From a virus (Duplodnaviria > Caudoviricetes), in IMG/VR virus record IMGVR_UViG_3300037465_000365, positions 1 through 25,430 of that record: DNA of 25,430 nucleotides; one strand, written 5' to 3'. The notes under the pieces were generated by a model. It saw only the letters and a program-made list of their open reading frames with translations, searched no databases and was not told where the DNA came from. The translations under genes and the position numbers were made by a program. Positions 24,764 through 25,430 of this stretch are shown in pieces. The stretch's first letter is position 1; the number at the start of each line of letters is the position of its first letter.

Positions 24764-25430
24764 CTACGAGATCGTTCGCTCGCCCGACGACGCCGAGGCG
24801 AGCGGACGCCCGGACTCTTCGTCTCGCTCGATGGCGGCGCGACCTGCGCGGTCCTCGCGATCCCCAAACAGCGTCCCCTGCGTCGCGGATACGCAATGCG
24901 GCGAAAACCAGATACACTCTCCGCGGCGGTTCCCAAACGCTGCTCGCCACATCACACAAGACCATGTCGGCGGCATCTCATGCTCGCCCGCATAGCCACA
25001 AAGCGCGATACGAAACTGCGGATCAGCCCCGTGGTCAATGGCCCACGCTCGGACGGCAGCGCTCACGTCGTCTCGATCATCTTCAGCGTACATTGGCGTA
25101 TCGTCCGCGCGTAGAGCGTGAACGTAAGGCGGATCGAGCAAGATACCCGTCAACCCTAACGAGGAAATAGACGGGCCACACACGCGCATCCAGTCTCCCG
25201 AGCAGACGCGAACGCGTCGCAGCCGGGCCGCGAGCGCCTGAAACCACGGTACAAGCGACCGCGTCGGTCGATGCACGCCCTGTGGACTCTTTACTACCAA
25301 GCGGCGCGAGATACCAGGATGACCTATCCGTACGAGTTCGCCCGCGTCGTTGACGCGCCACGGGCCTGTATCCTGGCGACAGAAGTTACTCTTCCCGATC
25401 CACATCGAGACTCCCCACACCCACCAGCCC
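24764..25430 (-). CDS. DNA adenine methyltransferase (D12/Dam-like class), C-terminal part; 5' end outside window
   Basis: LLDPPY catalytic motif, RLRRVRVC.GDW, RIALCGY.GEH, E.IWFSPHC; frame stays open to the window edge (GWWVWG). Confidence 0.8.
   Translation of the reverse strand, partial: GWWVWGVSMWIGKSNFCRQDTGPWRVNDAGELVRIGHPGISRRLVVKSPQGVHRPTRSLVPWFQALAARLRRVRVCSGDWMRVCGPSISSLGLTGILLDPPYVHALRADDTPMYAEDDRDDVSAAVRAWAIDHGADPQFRIALCGYAGEHEMPPTWSCVMWRAAFGNRRGECIWFSPHCVSATQGTLFGDREDRAGRAAIERDEESGRPLASASSGERTIS

Larger units (their letters stand above)
1..25430 (-). mobile_element. Tailed phage/prophage head, head-tail and tail-start gene module (both ends run off the window)
   Basis: Contiguous co-oriented terminase, portal, gpF, protease, scaffold, capsid, connectors, tail tube and chaperone; start/stop overlaps throughout. 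Prophage versus free phage cannot be decided here. Confidence 0.95.

Noticed and set aside
185-25170. Numerous plus-strand ORFs (e.g. 18790..19794, 18953..19816, 8692..9513, 13734..14693)
   Set aside because: All lie antisense to well-supported minus-strand genes and give Arg/Pro-rich or mirror-repeat translations expected in high-GC DNA.
1-25430. Frequent CGATCG/TCGA words as HIP1-like or methylase-target enrichment
   Set aside because: Only a handful of GCGATCGC seen by eye; plausibly due to CpG-rich codon usage. A Markov-normalised k-mer count would be needed.

Overview
The window is one minus-strand, translationally coupled (many ATGA/TGATG overlaps) morphogenesis region of a GC-rich tailed phage or prophage, probably siphovirus-like. 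Transcription runs from high to low coordinates: partial DNA adenine methyltransferase, large terminase, portal (DUF935/Mu gp29-like, with a long Pro/Val tail), Mu gpF-like head protein, XkdF-like protease, scaffold, capsid cement, major capsid, head-tail proteins, tail tube and a partial tail chaperone. The unusual feature is the glycan-related cargo at three places inside this structural region. (1) Between portal and gpF: a Gly-Pro-Thr collagen fibre, a Maf/DUF115-methyltransferase fusion, two GT-A glycosyltransferases and a B12 radical SAM enzyme. (2) After the capsid: a signal-peptide protein plus a split, order-swapped TMTC-like (GT-C) membrane glycosyltransferase and TPR pair. (3) Before the tail tube: a methyltransferase and a CgeB-like glycosyltransferase. 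I infer a candidate virion glycosylation and glycan-methylation system. All family calls come from motif recognition by eye, with no database search. No tRNA, rRNA, CRISPR array, integrase or transposase was recognised.
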